A program made the position numbers and the translations under genes. Shown here piece after piece: positions 46,207 through 56,605 of a stretch of DNA of 64,000 nucleotides. A model generated the notes under the pieces. It was given only the letters and a program-made list of their open reading frames with translations. It made no database searches and was not told where the DNA came from. Origin of the DNA: an uncultured Acidimicrobiia bacterium (GTDB lineage: Bacteria; Acidobacteriota; Terriglobia; Versatilivoradales; Versatilivoraceae); the NCBI GenBank assembly GCA_963786955.1, contig CAWBAT010000005.1:96001-160000 (forward strand), read 5' to 3'. Numbering within the stretch: position 1 is the stretch's first letter; each line of letters starts with the position of its first letter.

Positions 46207-48045
46207 TTACGGGTGAAAATAATCGAAAACTTTCTTAGCGGTTTTCGCTGACAGCACTTCTGAAATCTCTTCGAAGGAACGGGCCCGCACGTTTTTCAAG
46301 CTACCGAATTCCCGGAGTAACACCTTGGAAGTCTTTTCTCCAACGCCGGGAATCTTCAACAAGTCGGTTGTCAGAGTACGTTTTGTCCTCCTCAGTCGAT
46401 GGAAAGTCACTGCAAATCGGTGGGTTTCATCCCGGATTTGCTGGATGAGATGAAGGGCTGGAGAGTGTTTTTCGAGGATTAAAGGGTCTTCTTCGCTTCC
46501 ACGGATGTAAATAATCTCTTCCCGTTTAGCAATACTGGCCAGGGGCTGGGTGGGTAAATCCAATTCCTCCAGAGCCGCGGCGGCGGCGTGCAACTGGCCG
46601 ATCCCCCCGTCCACAAGGATTAGGTCTGGCAAGGCCTTTCCTTCCTCTCGCAGTCGCCGATAACGCCGTGAGACGACTTCTCGCATGCTCTTAAAATCAT
46701 CCGGCCCATCCACCGTCTTGATGATGAACTTGCGGTAGTCACTCTTCTTCATCTTTCCTTCTTCCCAAACCACCATGGATGCGACCGAGTCCGTGCCTTG
46801 GATATTGGAGATATCGAAACATTCGATCCTCTGCGGGGGGAATTCCAATCCCAATAGATTCGCTACATTTTCAGCAATCATGTGAGCGGAAGGTTGCCGC
46901 ACACGAAAGCGTTGGTCATAGGAAATTCGGGCATTTTTCACGACCAGCTCAACCAAATCCTTCTTGGAACCTCGCTGGGGAATATGAACCTCAACCCGGC
47001 GCCCGCTGCGGTTTTTCAGAAAATCTTCGAGCAATGCCCTATCTTCAAAATCCACCGGAACAAAGATTTCATCGGGCGTGAATTCAGTATTGGAAAAATA
47101 ATACTGCTTCAAAAATGATGAAAGTGTTTCTTCGCCGCCCATGCTACTCGGCAGGCTTTCCCAGAAGTATTCTCGGCGGTCAACCACTTGGCCTCCGCGT
47201 AAATGGAAGAGCTGCGCCGCGGCACGACCGTCCTCAGAGTGAAGCGCAAAAATATCCACGTTCCTGACGCGATGGGAGGAAATGCGCTGGGTCTCGGAGA
47301 GTTGGCCAATGGTTCGAATGGTATCCCTCAAGTGGGCAGCCGTTTCAAACCGTTCGCCTTCCGCTGCCAAACGCATTTTTTCCCGTAGTCGCTTAACCAG
47401 ATCTGTTCGCTCCCCTTCCATGAAAAGTTTTAAGTCCTGGATTCGGCTCGCATACTCCTCTTGACTACAGACGGTAGCCACGCAAGGCCCCATACATCGT
47501 TTGATGTGATAGTCCAGACAGACTCGCGGCCGGTTTCCATCCACGTCGATCGAACAGGTTCGAATCTGGAAATGGCGGCAAATCAGCTTCAAAGTTCGAT
47601 AGGCCAATCCGGCTGGGAAGTAAGGCCCAAAGTAAAGGGCTCCATCCTTTTTCAAACGGCGCGTTACCAAAATGCGCGGATATTCCTCATTGACCGTTAG
47701 CTTAATATACGGATACGTCTTATCATCACGAAGCAGGATGTTATACTTTGGCCTGTGTTTCTTAATGAGATTATTTTCCAGAGCCAGCGCCTCCATTTCA
47801 TTGGCGACAACGATAAAATCGACATCTGCAATTTCGGCTCTGAGATAGTCAAGCTTGAAATCGGTCTGGCGCGATTCCTGGAAATAAGATCGAACCCTGT
47901 GATGAAGCGACTTGGCCTTCCCCACGTAAATGATTTTACTATTAACGTCCCGATACAGATAAACTCCAGGTTCATCCGGGATATTGGCTAATTTCTCACT
48001 CAAGTTCCTTTTTGTTCCTTCACCCATATGTAAAGAATATTCCAT
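46207..48045 (-). CDS. uvrC: Excinuclease ABC subunit C
   Basis: PGVY...IIYVGKAKSL..RV.SYF, YNILLRDDK.YP, ERFE.AA..RD, RIECFDISN, DGGIGQL, RDE.HRFA, IPGVG; start may be 48027. Confidence 0.97.
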   Translation of the reverse strand: MEYSLHMGEGTKRNLSEKLANIPDEPGVYLYRDVNSKIIYVGKAKSLHHRVRSYFQESRQTDFKLDYLRAEIADVDFIVVANEMEALALENNLIKKHRPKYNILLRDDKTYPYIKLTVNEEYPRILVTRRLKKDGALYFGPYFPAGLAYRTLKLICRHFQIRTCSIDVDGNRPRVCLDYHIKRCMGPCVATVCSQEEYASRIQDLKLFMEGERTDLVKRLREKMRLAAEGERFETAAHLRDTIRTIGQLSETQRISSHRVRNVDIFALHSEDGRAAAQLFHLRGGQVVDRREYFWESLPSSMGGEETLSSFLKQYYFSNTEFTPDEIFVPVDFEDRALLEDFLKNRSGRRVEVHIPQRGSKKDLVELVVKNARISYDQRFRVRQPSAHMIAENVANLLGLEFPPQRIECFDISNIQGTDSVASMVVWEEGKMKKSDYRKFIIKTVDGPDDFKSMREVVSRRYRRLREEGKALPDLILVDGGIGQLHAAAAALEELDLPTQPLASIAKREEIIYIRGSEEDPLILEKHSPALHLIQQIRDETHRFAVTFHRLRRTKRTLTTDLLKIPGVGEKTSKVLLREFGSLKNVRARSFEEISEVLSAKTAKKVFDYFHP

Positions 48046-48056
48046 CCGTCAACCAC

Positions 48057-48977
48057 ATGAAAAGACCATTATTTGTCGGGGCTTCGGTTTCTATTTCCGT
48101 CAGAATCTTGTTGGGAATTTCACTCTGGTTCCTGATGCTAAAGACTCAAACCCAAGCCCAGTATGGGCCCCTCACTGGGATCAAGCTGCTGCCTGAAAAT
48201 ATTCATTTTGTAGGGAACCGCGCGATGACTTCAGACGACCTTCGCGCCATTTTCCACAGTGCGGGGACCGTGACGGCAAACATTTCTGCAGCTCAAATGG
48301 ACATTTATGACACGAACCGAATAAATCATGCCATCGAAATGATCCAGATGTTTTATCGGAATAGGGGTTTTGTCAAGGTGATGATCGAGCTGCCTGAATT
48401 CAGTTTTCTTTCCGGTGCCTTCGGCGGAAAGTCTGACTCTGCCGCGGGAAAGATGGAGCTCGTCATCAAGATCAGTGAGAAGAACCTCTACCACCTCGGA
48501 CAAATTAAGGTGGAAGGTCTTAACGCTCTTCAGCAGAACCAAGTCATTGCCATGCTGAATCTTCAGCAAGATATGCCTATCAATTTTTCAAAGTTGAACG
48601 CCGGAACTCTGGCACTGCGTGAGACCTATTTGACACTTGGATATTTGGATGTCGCTATCCAGGCCAATCTGGACGCCCCTGATAACCGGTCTCTGGCTGA
48701 CCTCAAAATTAGTGTCGTCGAGGGCCGACAATATCATCTTGGAAAGATTGTTTTGGTCGGAGATTCCCCGATTCGAGAATCCCTCCTGAAAGAATCCCTC
48801 CCCTTTCAGCCTGGCGATGTTTTCGGAGAAAAGGCTTTTGTTGCCTGTCTCGAAACCCTCAATTCGTTGGGAACCACACCCGTGCTCACGGCAGATGATG
48901 TCAATTTCATCTATGATAAAGATAGAGGGATCGTGGATGTATCCATCTACCTGCAGGGGAAACCCAAAACAAAGTGA
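48057..48977 (+). CDS. Exported POTRA-domain protein without a beta-barrel
   Basis: About three BamA-type POTRA repeats (I.F.GN, FY.NRGF, I.V.G, Y...GY.D, V.EG.QY.LG.I...G, PGDVF); ATG at 48057. Confidence 0.75.
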   Translation: MKRPLFVGASVSISVRILLGISLWFLMLKTQTQAQYGPLTGIKLLPENIHFVGNRAMTSDDLRAIFHSAGTVTANISAAQMDIYDTNRINHAIEMIQMFYRNRGFVKVMIELPEFSFLSGAFGGKSDSAAGKMELVIKISEKNLYHLGQIKVEGLNALQQNQVIAMLNLQQDMPINFSKLNAGTLALRETYLTLGYLDVAIQANLDAPDNRSLADLKISVVEGRQYHLGKIVLVGDSPIRESLLKESLPFQPGDVFGEKAFVACLETLNSLGTTPVLTADDVNFIYDKDRGIVDVSIYLQGKPKTK

Positions 48978-48991
48978 TCCCAATGAATCAT

Positions 48992-49320
48992 CGGCGCGCT
49001 GAAATGGCGCGACAACCCGGACGAGAGGTGTGTTGCACCCCTTCAGGGTGCCCTTTCGTGAGTGGCCCATGACCCAGGGCGCTGCTCCGGGCTTCGCCCT
49101 CCACTTTGCCCTGGACTATTTTCTCTTGCCCTTTCAGGGCAGCGGAAATATCCAATCTTCTGAGTCCCCGAAGGGGACCCATATCAATAGCTGTGGATCA
49201 TGCGCAGCAACGCGGAGCGAAACCCACGGTGCTCAAAAGGTTCTGCTTCCAACCTTGAAAGGGTTGAATCGCCACGAACGATCAGCCGACGCTTTCTGTT
49301 CGACCCTTTCAAGGGGAGCC
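48992..49320. repeat. Cluster of CCCTGAAAGGG / CCCTTTCAGGG-type palindromic repeats
   Basis: gcgcgctgaaatggcgcg, gcaccccttcagggtgc, gccctttcagggc, gtccccgaaggggac, aaccttgaaagggtt, gaccctttcaagggg in both orientations, between convergent genes. Confidence 0.7.
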
Positions 49321-49368
49321 TTCTGGGGAGTGAAGAATTGCTGCCAAACAAGTATTAATGCGTCTGCA

Positions 49369-51249
49369 TTAGGTTTGGGCGAAAATTTGATCTTTGTATT
49401 GCAGTTGGAATAGTTTGTAATAGATCCCACGACGAGCCAGCAGTTCCTGATGACTTCCCATTTCTCTGACCTGACCTTTGTGCATGACAATGATCTTGTC
49501 AGAATTTTGGATGGTAGAGAGCCGGTGGGCAATGATGATCGAAGTTCTTCCCTTCATGAGCCGCGTAATGGCATCCCGAATTTTCAGCTCCGTTTCTGTA
49601 TCCACGCTGGAAGTAGCTTCATCAAGAATCAAATTCTTCGGGTCATGGGCCAAGGTGCGCGCAAAAGCAATCAGCTGTTTCTGTCCGGTTGAAAGCGTGC
49701 TGCCACGTTCCTTGACTTCTTCATAAATCCCTTCCTCCTTTTCTTCCACAAATTCGTGGAGATTAACATCCTGTGCCGCTCGATAGATCGCTTCCTCTGT
49801 AATCCATGGAGTCCCGAGACGAATATTACTGGCAATACTGCCCGAAAAGAGAAAAACGTCCTGCAAGACAAATCCGAAAGAGCTGCGTAGTTGTTTCAAA
49901 TCCATCTGTCGAATATCGACGCCATCGAAAAGGATTTGTCCTTTCTGGACCTCATAAAAGCGCATGAGCAAACTAGTGAGCGTCGTCTTCCCCGCGCCCG
50001 TATGCCCCACTATCGCCACGGATTGACCTGGCTCCACCTTGAAGGAGACATCTTTCAGGACCCAATCCCAGTCTTTGTCTTCATTGAGCTCCTCCGGCAT
50101 GGAGGCTGGCCCCTGCCTGAGAGTTGCCGTTGCTTGCCTCAATTCTGCAGAAGAGTGGTCAGGAAGCCGATTGTAAGCAAACCAAACGTTGCGAAATTCG
50201 ATTTCCCCCTTGATCTGCTTGAGGTAAATGGGTTGATTAGGCTGTTTGATGTCCACCGGAACATCCAGCAGCTTAAAGATTCGCTCCGAACTCGCCATAG
50301 CCGCCTGCAGGATATTGTATTTCTCACTCAAGTCCGCGATAGGACGAAAGAACTTTTCCGAATATTGGATAAAGGCAACCAGTGCGCCAAAGCTGAGCTC
50401 CCGGTGGAGGACTTGTCCGCCGCCGTACCAGATGATTAAAGCGACTGCCACGGCACTGACAATTTCGACAGCCGGATAAAACAACGAATAAGCCAAGACT
50501 GAATCCATGTTGGCGTCAAGATGCAACCGGTTAATTCCTTCAAATTGTTGAAAGCTGCTTTGCTCGTGATGGAATAGCTGAACCACCGTCATGCCGGTAA
50601 GGTGCTCTTGAAGAAACGCGTTAATCCGGGCTATCGCCGTACGCACGCGGCGATAGGAATCGCGAGCCTTAATCTTGAAGACAACGGTAATGAGAGCAAT
50701 AATCGGAATGACCGACATAGCCACCAAGGCTAGTTTGACATTCAACCAGAATATGATGACTAGGATCCCGAACAAAACCAACACATCTCCCAGCAGGGTG
50801 ACCACTCCAGAAGTAAACAATTCATTTAAGACATCGACATCCGTCGTGACTCGAGTCATCAGCCGTCCTACTGGGTTCCTATCGTAAAACGCCAGTGGCA
50901 AGTCCTGAAGATGAGAGAAAATCTGGACACGGAGGTCATACATGATTTTTTGCCCCGTGAGTTGCATGAGGTACGTCTGGATGTAACCCAGAAAAAAGCC
51001 GAAAACAATGATTGCCAGGTAGATCAAAACGATCTTGTTAAGCCCGGCCATGTCCTTCTTCACAATGTAATTATCGATTCCAATTTTCGTGAGGTAGGGA
51101 CTACTGACTTGCAAGACTGAGGCAACTGCAATCAGCCCCATGGCAGCCAGCACGTTGATCCGGTAAGGCCGCAGATAGCTCAGCAATCGACGCATCAAGC
51201 GTGCATCGTAAGTTCGATCAATGGCTTCTTCTTCCTGGTATGGGCTCAT
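49369..51249 (-). CDS. ABC exporter, fused permease/ATPase, MdlB-like
   Basis: GHTGAGKT, LSTGQ, ILDEATS, IAHRLST, with an N-terminal TM domain. Confidence 0.92.
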   Translation of the reverse strand: MSPYQEEEAIDRTYDARLMRRLLSYLRPYRINVLAAMGLIAVASVLQVSSPYLTKIGIDNYIVKKDMAGLNKIVLIYLAIIVFGFFLGYIQTYLMQLTGQKIMYDLRVQIFSHLQDLPLAFYDRNPVGRLMTRVTTDVDVLNELFTSGVVTLLGDVLVLFGILVIIFWLNVKLALVAMSVIPIIALITVVFKIKARDSYRRVRTAIARINAFLQEHLTGMTVVQLFHHEQSSFQQFEGINRLHLDANMDSVLAYSLFYPAVEIVSAVAVALIIWYGGGQVLHRELSFGALVAFIQYSEKFFRPIADLSEKYNILQAAMASSERIFKLLDVPVDIKQPNQPIYLKQIKGEIEFRNVWFAYNRLPDHSSAELRQATATLRQGPASMPEELNEDKDWDWVLKDVSFKVEPGQSVAIVGHTGAGKTTLTSLLMRFYEVQKGQILFDGVDIRQMDLKQLRSSFGFVLQDVFLFSGSIASNIRLGTPWITEEAIYRAAQDVNLHEFVEEKEEGIYEEVKERGSTLSTGQKQLIAFARTLAHDPKNLILDEATSSVDTETELKIRDAITRLMKGRTSIIIAHRLSTIQNSDKIIVMHKGQVREMGSHQELLARRGIYYKLFQLQYKDQIFAQT

Positions 51250-51270
51250 AAACCGATTTTACGCTAAGAA

Positions 51271-51306
51271 TTCCCCTCCTTGGTTAGGAGGGGGCGAGGG
51301 GGTGGT
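51271..51306. repeat. C/G-run palindromic repeat copy
   Basis: ttCCCCTCCTtggttAGGAGGGGgcgagggggtggt; same architecture as the DUF559-flanking copies. Confidence 0.7.
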
Positions 51307-51353
51307 CGCAATCGTCAAAAACCCTTTCAACAATCTCACTCCACCGACAGAAC

Positions 51354-51381
51354 CGCAGAGTCAAAAACGACTCTGCGCTAC
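51354..51381 (-). repeat. Single GTAG-type REP
   Basis: Reverse complement is GTAG-CGCAGAGTC-gttttt-GACTCTGCG. Confidence 0.65.
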
Positions 51382-51439
51382 GAACTTCGGCAGATTCAAG
51401 GGGGGCGAAACCCTACGAGTGCCAACTAAACCCCTCAGC

Positions 51440-53326
51440 TCACGCACCCGCCAACTCTTCTTCAAGCAACTGTTTCTGGTGAAGCTCTGCATAATACCCG
51501 CCCCTTTGAATCAATTCCTCGTGGGTGCCTTTCTCTGCAATGGTTCCGTCTCTGAGAACGATGATTTGGTCGGCAAACTTAACTGTCGACACCCGGTGGC
51601 TGATCAGGATCGAGGTTCGATCCTGCATCACTTCCCTCAAGGCATTCAGGATGCGCTCTTCCGTCACCGTGTCCACACTGGACAAGGCATCGTCCAGAAT
51701 CAAGATTTTCGGATTACCGATCAGCGCTCTGGCAATTGCGGTCCGCTGCTGCTGTCCACCGGAAAGCGTGATCCCCCGCTCCCCAATGATTGTTTCTAAC
51801 TTCCTCGGGAACCCCTCCACGTCGGGAAGAAAATGGGCCAGCCGGGCCGCTTCACGGATTTCATCCCCTGTCGCTTGAGGCGTCCCGAATGCGATGTTGC
51901 AGGCAATCGTATCGGTGAACAGGAAGGTTTCCTGAGGGACATAGCCAATACTTGAACGTAAGTTGCAGAGAGAGTAGCGGCGAAGTGGTTGGCCATCAAT
52001 CAAGATCTCTCCCTCTGTATAGTCATGGACCCTTGTCAGCAGGTTTACCAGTGTGCTTTTGCCTGATCCCGTTTCCCCGACAATCGCAAAAGTTGCACCG
52101 TGCGGAATGGAAAGGGATATGTCCTTAAGAACGGGCAGCCCATTGTACGCAAACGAGAGGGCCCGAAATTCGATCTCCCCCTGAATCTCTGCTTCAAAGA
52201 TGGGCGGTCGAGGGGCGTCCGATCCCGAAGCGATTCCTTCCCTGAACCTAGAATGATCCGCCGTCCCTCCGGAGGCTTGGCGGTGGATGAACTGGCGTTC
52301 CTGAGGCTGTAATCCCTTACTGCCATAACGAGGGGCCACTATTCGGACAGACTCATCCCAGATTTCCGGTTGTGCCGCAAAGATTTGGTTAATGCGTCCC
52401 AATGAAGCCGTCCCTCGCTCTACGATGTTAATCACCCAGCCCAGCGCAATCATGGGCCAGGACAACATCCCGAGATAGGCATTAAAGGCGACGAAATCCC
52501 CCAGTGTAATTCGCCCTGCAATGACCTGACGTCCCCCCATCCATAGAACAAAGACTCCTCCCAAACCCAGCATTGTCCCCAGCAGCGGGTAGAACATTCC
52601 CCAGACGCGGATCAGTTGTAAATTCCTGTAGATGTATTCCTGATTGAGCCGTTTAAATTGTTCGATCTCGCTCTGCTCCTGCACGAATGCTCGGATGACC
52701 CGCGCTCCGGCTAGATTCTCCTGGACGCGCGCACTGATTTCTGAAAAGGATTCTTGTATTTTTTCGAACCGCCGGTGAATGAGGCTCCCAAAATATTTAA
52801 CCGCCAGAGAGACCAGCGGAATGCTGACGAGTGCAAACAAGGTCATTAATGCGCTGATTCGAAGCATGAGAAACAACACGATGACCAGGCGAACAATCGT
52901 ATTAGCGGAGTACATGATCCCTGGCCCCAGCATCATGCGGACGGCCGATAGATCATTCGTTGCTTTAGACATGATGTCGCCGGTTTTGTTGCTCTGATAA
53001 TACCTTTGGGTCAGCCCCAGCAAATGGGCAAACAGATTGTTTCTCAGGTCATATTCCAGATATCGTGAAACCCCGATCATGATCTTGCGCATCAGGAAGA
53101 GGAATATCCCCTCCAAAACCGCAAACAGGAGAATCAGCAGCCCATAGGCTAGCAACCCTTCGGTGGAAATGGATTTACCGAGCCGATCGATGGCTGTCTT
53201 GAGAATGAGGGGGGAAATCGTCGCCGCTAAGTTCGAAAGCGTCACGCAAACTACCCCAACCCACAGCCTCAGCTGGTAATTTCTAAGGTAGGGAATAAGA
53301 GTGGCAATGGACCGAATGTTGCTCAT
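51440..53326 (-). CDS. ABC exporter, fused permease/ATPase, MdlA-like
   Basis: TGDIMS.ATND, GETGSGKS, LSGGQ, degenerate Walker B ILDDALS, ISHR. Confidence 0.92.
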   Translation of the reverse strand: MSNIRSIATLIPYLRNYQLRLWVGVVCVTLSNLAATISPLILKTAIDRLGKSISTEGLLAYGLLILLFAVLEGIFLFLMRKIMIGVSRYLEYDLRNNLFAHLLGLTQRYYQSNKTGDIMSKATNDLSAVRMMLGPGIMYSANTIVRLVIVLFLMLRISALMTLFALVSIPLVSLAVKYFGSLIHRRFEKIQESFSEISARVQENLAGARVIRAFVQEQSEIEQFKRLNQEYIYRNLQLIRVWGMFYPLLGTMLGLGGVFVLWMGGRQVIAGRITLGDFVAFNAYLGMLSWPMIALGWVINIVERGTASLGRINQIFAAQPEIWDESVRIVAPRYGSKGLQPQERQFIHRQASGGTADHSRFREGIASGSDAPRPPIFEAEIQGEIEFRALSFAYNGLPVLKDISLSIPHGATFAIVGETGSGKSTLVNLLTRVHDYTEGEILIDGQPLRRYSLCNLRSSIGYVPQETFLFTDTIACNIAFGTPQATGDEIREAARLAHFLPDVEGFPRKLETIIGERGITLSGGQQQRTAIARALIGNPKILILDDALSSVDTVTEERILNALREVMQDRTSILISHRVSTVKFADQIIVLRDGTIAEKGTHEELIQRGGYYAELHQKQLLEEELAGA

Positions 53327-53369
53327 GACAAGAGTCGACTTCAGAGGGCCGTGCCGAAAGCTCCTCGGT

Positions 53370-54893
53370 CTATTTGGGATAAACCAGCGTTAACGGATTG
53401 GGCAAAGGAATCAATTGAATTGCTCCATCCTTGGAAAGTTTCTTGAACGAATACTGGGGGGCGTCAGCGTTTCCTTTCTGCATGTCGTCCACATTCCCGA
53501 CCGCCAGATAGACCAGCTTCTCTGGCATTAAGTATTTTTGAGCAACTCGAAGCACATCGTCGGTCGTAACGGCTTTGATCCGTTCCCGGTAAGTATCCCA
53601 GAAGTCCGGCTTCCGTTTCGTATACTCATCGTTCGCGAAAGTGCCGGCGATCTGGGCCGGTCTCGCGAAATAGCGCGGAAAAATTTCAACGGCTGAAGTT
53701 TTCGCAATCTCAAGCTCTTCTGGGGTGACTCTTGTGGTCCTGATCTTCTCGATTTCTTCAAGGATAATTGTGGCAGCCTGCGCGCAGGTCGGGCTCTTGG
53801 ATTGGAAGCCGGCATGAAAAATTCCATCGTAGTAGACCCCAAAGCCGAAATCGGATCCGGCTCCATAAGCCAACCCTTCATCCGAACGGACTCTGGACAT
53901 GATCCGGTTTGTAAAGATCCCTCCGCCGCCAAGGATATCGTCCATAATGCTCAATGCATAATAGTCAGGATTATCGCGCATCGTTCCGAGGTGTCCCATC
54001 GCGACGTTACCTTGATTGACTTCTGCTTTGTTCACCATATAAACGCCAGGCTTGGGGGTAAAATCAGGTTTGGGAACGGGGGGAACGAGTTTCGTTTGCA
54101 CAGACCATCCCTCCATCATCGCTTCCAATTGGGTTTGCACTTCAGCTACCTGAAAGTCGCCTGAAATAGCGAAGATGAACGATCCTGGATGATAATATTT
54201 GTCGTGAAATTCGACGAGATCTTCGCGGGAGAATGATTCCACCGAAGCTCCGGTGGGCTCGGCGGTAGAAAAATGGTGGGTCCCCCGCATCAAACGCCCC
54301 CATTCCCTGGCCAGGATGGTATCCGTCCGATCGTTTCTTCTTTCCATGTTTTGGATCATCTGGCTCTTGTATAAATCCAGGCGTTCCTGTTGGAAGCGCG
54401 GGTTCTTCAGCATCTCGAAAAACAGGGCCATCCCCTTTCCCAAGTCCTTACTCAAACAATTGAGGCTGGCCGTGGCTTGTGTCCCAGCCATCCCGCTGTT
54501 GAGGGTCGCTGCCAGGAAGTCTGCCTCTTCATCAAATTGATTGGCGCTGTAAGTCTTCGTGCCTCCGACTCGCATCTGTTGGGCTACCGCTACAGCCAGG
54601 CCTACCTTCCCTTTCGGGTCGAGATAACTTCCTGCCCGGATCAATACGGAGACACTGACGAGAGGAAACTCGTGGTTCTCCACCATATAGGCGACCACCC
54701 CATTCTTCAAGACTTTGCGATAGTTGGCCGCCTTCGGTGGAACGAAATCCAGTTTGGGAAACTTCAATTCGCGAGGATGCTCCACAATTTGAGTTCCAAC
54801 GGAGGAAGATTGAGCCACCACAGACTCATTCCCTAATAAGAGAAGGAGGAGCCCAAGAGTCATCAAGAGCAAACGAATGCGCAGTCGCTTCAT
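53370..54893 (-). CDS. M16B peptidase, non-catalytic subunit (exported)
   Basis: L.NG, DP.GK.GLA with no HxxEH, ILGGG, VR...GLAY; signal peptide. Confidence 0.88.
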   Translation of the reverse strand: MKRLRIRLLLMTLGLLLLLLGNESVVAQSSSVGTQIVEHPRELKFPKLDFVPPKAANYRKVLKNGVVAYMVENHEFPLVSVSVLIRAGSYLDPKGKVGLAVAVAQQMRVGGTKTYSANQFDEEADFLAATLNSGMAGTQATASLNCLSKDLGKGMALFFEMLKNPRFQQERLDLYKSQMIQNMERRNDRTDTILAREWGRLMRGTHHFSTAEPTGASVESFSREDLVEFHDKYYHPGSFIFAISGDFQVAEVQTQLEAMMEGWSVQTKLVPPVPKPDFTPKPGVYMVNKAEVNQGNVAMGHLGTMRDNPDYYALSIMDDILGGGGIFTNRIMSRVRSDEGLAYGAGSDFGFGVYYDGIFHAGFQSKSPTCAQAATIILEEIEKIRTTRVTPEELEIAKTSAVEIFPRYFARPAQIAGTFANDEYTKRKPDFWDTYRERIKAVTTDDVLRVAQKYLMPEKLVYLAVGNVDDMQKGNADAPQYSFKKLSKDGAIQLIPLPNPLTLVYPK

Positions 54894-54895
54894 CG

Positions 54896-56434
54896 TTACC
54901 TTCCTCCTTCGGAAGTTTTCAACCCCGCTTCTTTCTTTTTGGTGTAATAGATACCGACAGTCCGGTTTTCCGGTGAGAAATAGGTGTTGGCCACACGTTG
55001 GATGGCTTCGGGCGTCACGGCTTGAATCAGCTTTGGATCGGTGTTGATTTCCCGCCAGCCGCGCCCCGAATCATAGGCCAGCAACTGATACATCAGTTGA
55101 AAGTTGTTTTCCAGCCGACGAAAATCGGTGGCAGCATTTTGATTTTTTACTTTCTGCAATTCCCGTTCGCCAACCGGTTCCTTTTGAATCTTTTCAATCT
55201 CCTTGTAAATCGCGGCTTCGACCTCTTCTGGAGTTTTACCGGGTTTGGCCACGCCGTTGAACTCAAAATACCCTTCGTATTTGTAACCGTTATTACTCGC
55301 TGAAACGCTGTTGGCTACTGCCTGCTCCAATACCAGAGACTGATACAACCGACCCGTACGCCCGTTCAACAAATCCGCCAAAATCCGCAACGCCGGCTCG
55401 TCCCGATGCCCATCGGAAACGGTATGATACCGGATAACCGCTTCCGGACTGGTTTCGGCATAAGCGATCATGCGGACCTCAGCCAATTGCTTGACCTCTC
55501 GCGTGCGCGGTGGAGCCGGGTCCTTGGGCCCCCGTTTCAGGCGCCCAAAATATTTCTGGGCCAGTTCAATGGCCTGGGGGGGGTCAAAATCTCCGACCAA
55601 ACAGGCCGTTATGTTGTTCGGAGCATAATTGATATCGAAGTACGCTCTAGCTTCCTCGCGAGTGATAGCATCCAGATCACTGGGCCATCCCACAACAGGC
55701 CAGCTATAGGGGGCGGACTCCCAGAAAATGGATTCGAATTCCTCTTGGAATTTTCCTGTCGGCGTGCTGTCGGTTCTCATACGACGTTCTTCCTTGACGA
55801 CCTCACGCTCTGAGTAGAACTCTCGAAAAACCGGATTCGATAATCGATCGGACTCCATCCAAAACCAAAGTTCCAGCTTGTTGGCGGGAAGGTTGACGAA
55901 ATAAACCGTGGCATCGTAATCCGTTCCGGCATTCATGCCGGAGGCGCCGGCTGAAGTGTAAATGCGATCAAATTCATCTTTGATGATCAATTCCTTCTCA
56001 CGCTTCAAGAGCGCTTCATATTTTGCCAATAACTCTTGGTGGCGCGGACTCCGATTTTTGGGATCCGTCAAATCACTAATCTCACCGAGTCGTTGCCGTT
56101 CAATCAGCTTCTGCTCTTCCTGCCGAATCTCTGCTTTGGCAGCGTCCATCTCCTGAATAAGCTGGAGGTTTTCGGTGATGTTATTCGTTCCGATGACATG
56201 CGTCCCTTTAAACATCATGTGCTCAAATAAGTGGGAGATCCCCGTGATGCCCGGCGCCTCATTGACCGAGCCAACTTTCGCGACCCACCCGGCAGCGACG
56301 TTAGGGTCCCCTTTCCGTGGAACCATTAAGAGCTTCATCCCGTTTCCCAGGACAAACTCCTGGACTTGGACGTTCTGGGCAATTAAATGAGGAATCGCCA
56401 AGAGTGAGACGGCTAACCACAATGTTTTTTTCAT
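54896..56434 (-). CDS. M16B zinc peptidase, catalytic subunit (exported)
   Basis: GS.NE.PG.TG.SHLFEHMMFKG, NAGT..D.T.Y, ESDR, EREVV.EERR; start MKKTLW at 56434. Confidence 0.92.
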   Translation of the reverse strand: MKKTLWLAVSLLAIPHLIAQNVQVQEFVLGNGMKLLMVPRKGDPNVAAGWVAKVGSVNEAPGITGISHLFEHMMFKGTHVIGTNNITENLQLIQEMDAAKAEIRQEEQKLIERQRLGEISDLTDPKNRSPRHQELLAKYEALLKREKELIIKDEFDRIYTSAGASGMNAGTDYDATVYFVNLPANKLELWFWMESDRLSNPVFREFYSEREVVKEERRMRTDSTPTGKFQEEFESIFWESAPYSWPVVGWPSDLDAITREEARAYFDINYAPNNITACLVGDFDPPQAIELAQKYFGRLKRGPKDPAPPRTREVKQLAEVRMIAYAETSPEAVIRYHTVSDGHRDEPALRILADLLNGRTGRLYQSLVLEQAVANSVSASNNGYKYEGYFEFNGVAKPGKTPEEVEAAIYKEIEKIQKEPVGERELQKVKNQNAATDFRRLENNFQLMYQLLAYDSGRGWREINTDPKLIQAVTPEAIQRVANTYFSPENRTVGIYYTKKKEAGLKTSEGGR

Positions 56435-56533
56435 ATCCCATTTCTCCAAAAACCTGCTTGGGCAGTATTGATCACACGGCCCATGAGCCAACATTCAAAT
56501 CCACCCTAAAGGGAAGGCGTGTAGAAATCAGCT

Positions 56534-56605
56534 GTAGCTGCGGTCTGGGACCGCCGTGTTCTTCTCATTTCAACGGCTTGGTCGACGCTCATAGAGCGCC
56601 GCTAC
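56534..56605. repeat. GTAG-type REP doublet, second subfamily
   Basis: GTAGCTGCGGTC-tgg-GACCGC ... GACGCTC-ata-GAGCGCCGCTAC. Confidence 0.7.

Noticed and set aside
53370-56434. M16 gene lacking HxxEH as a pseudogene
   Set aside because: Active plus inactive M16B heterodimers are well established and the ORF is intact.
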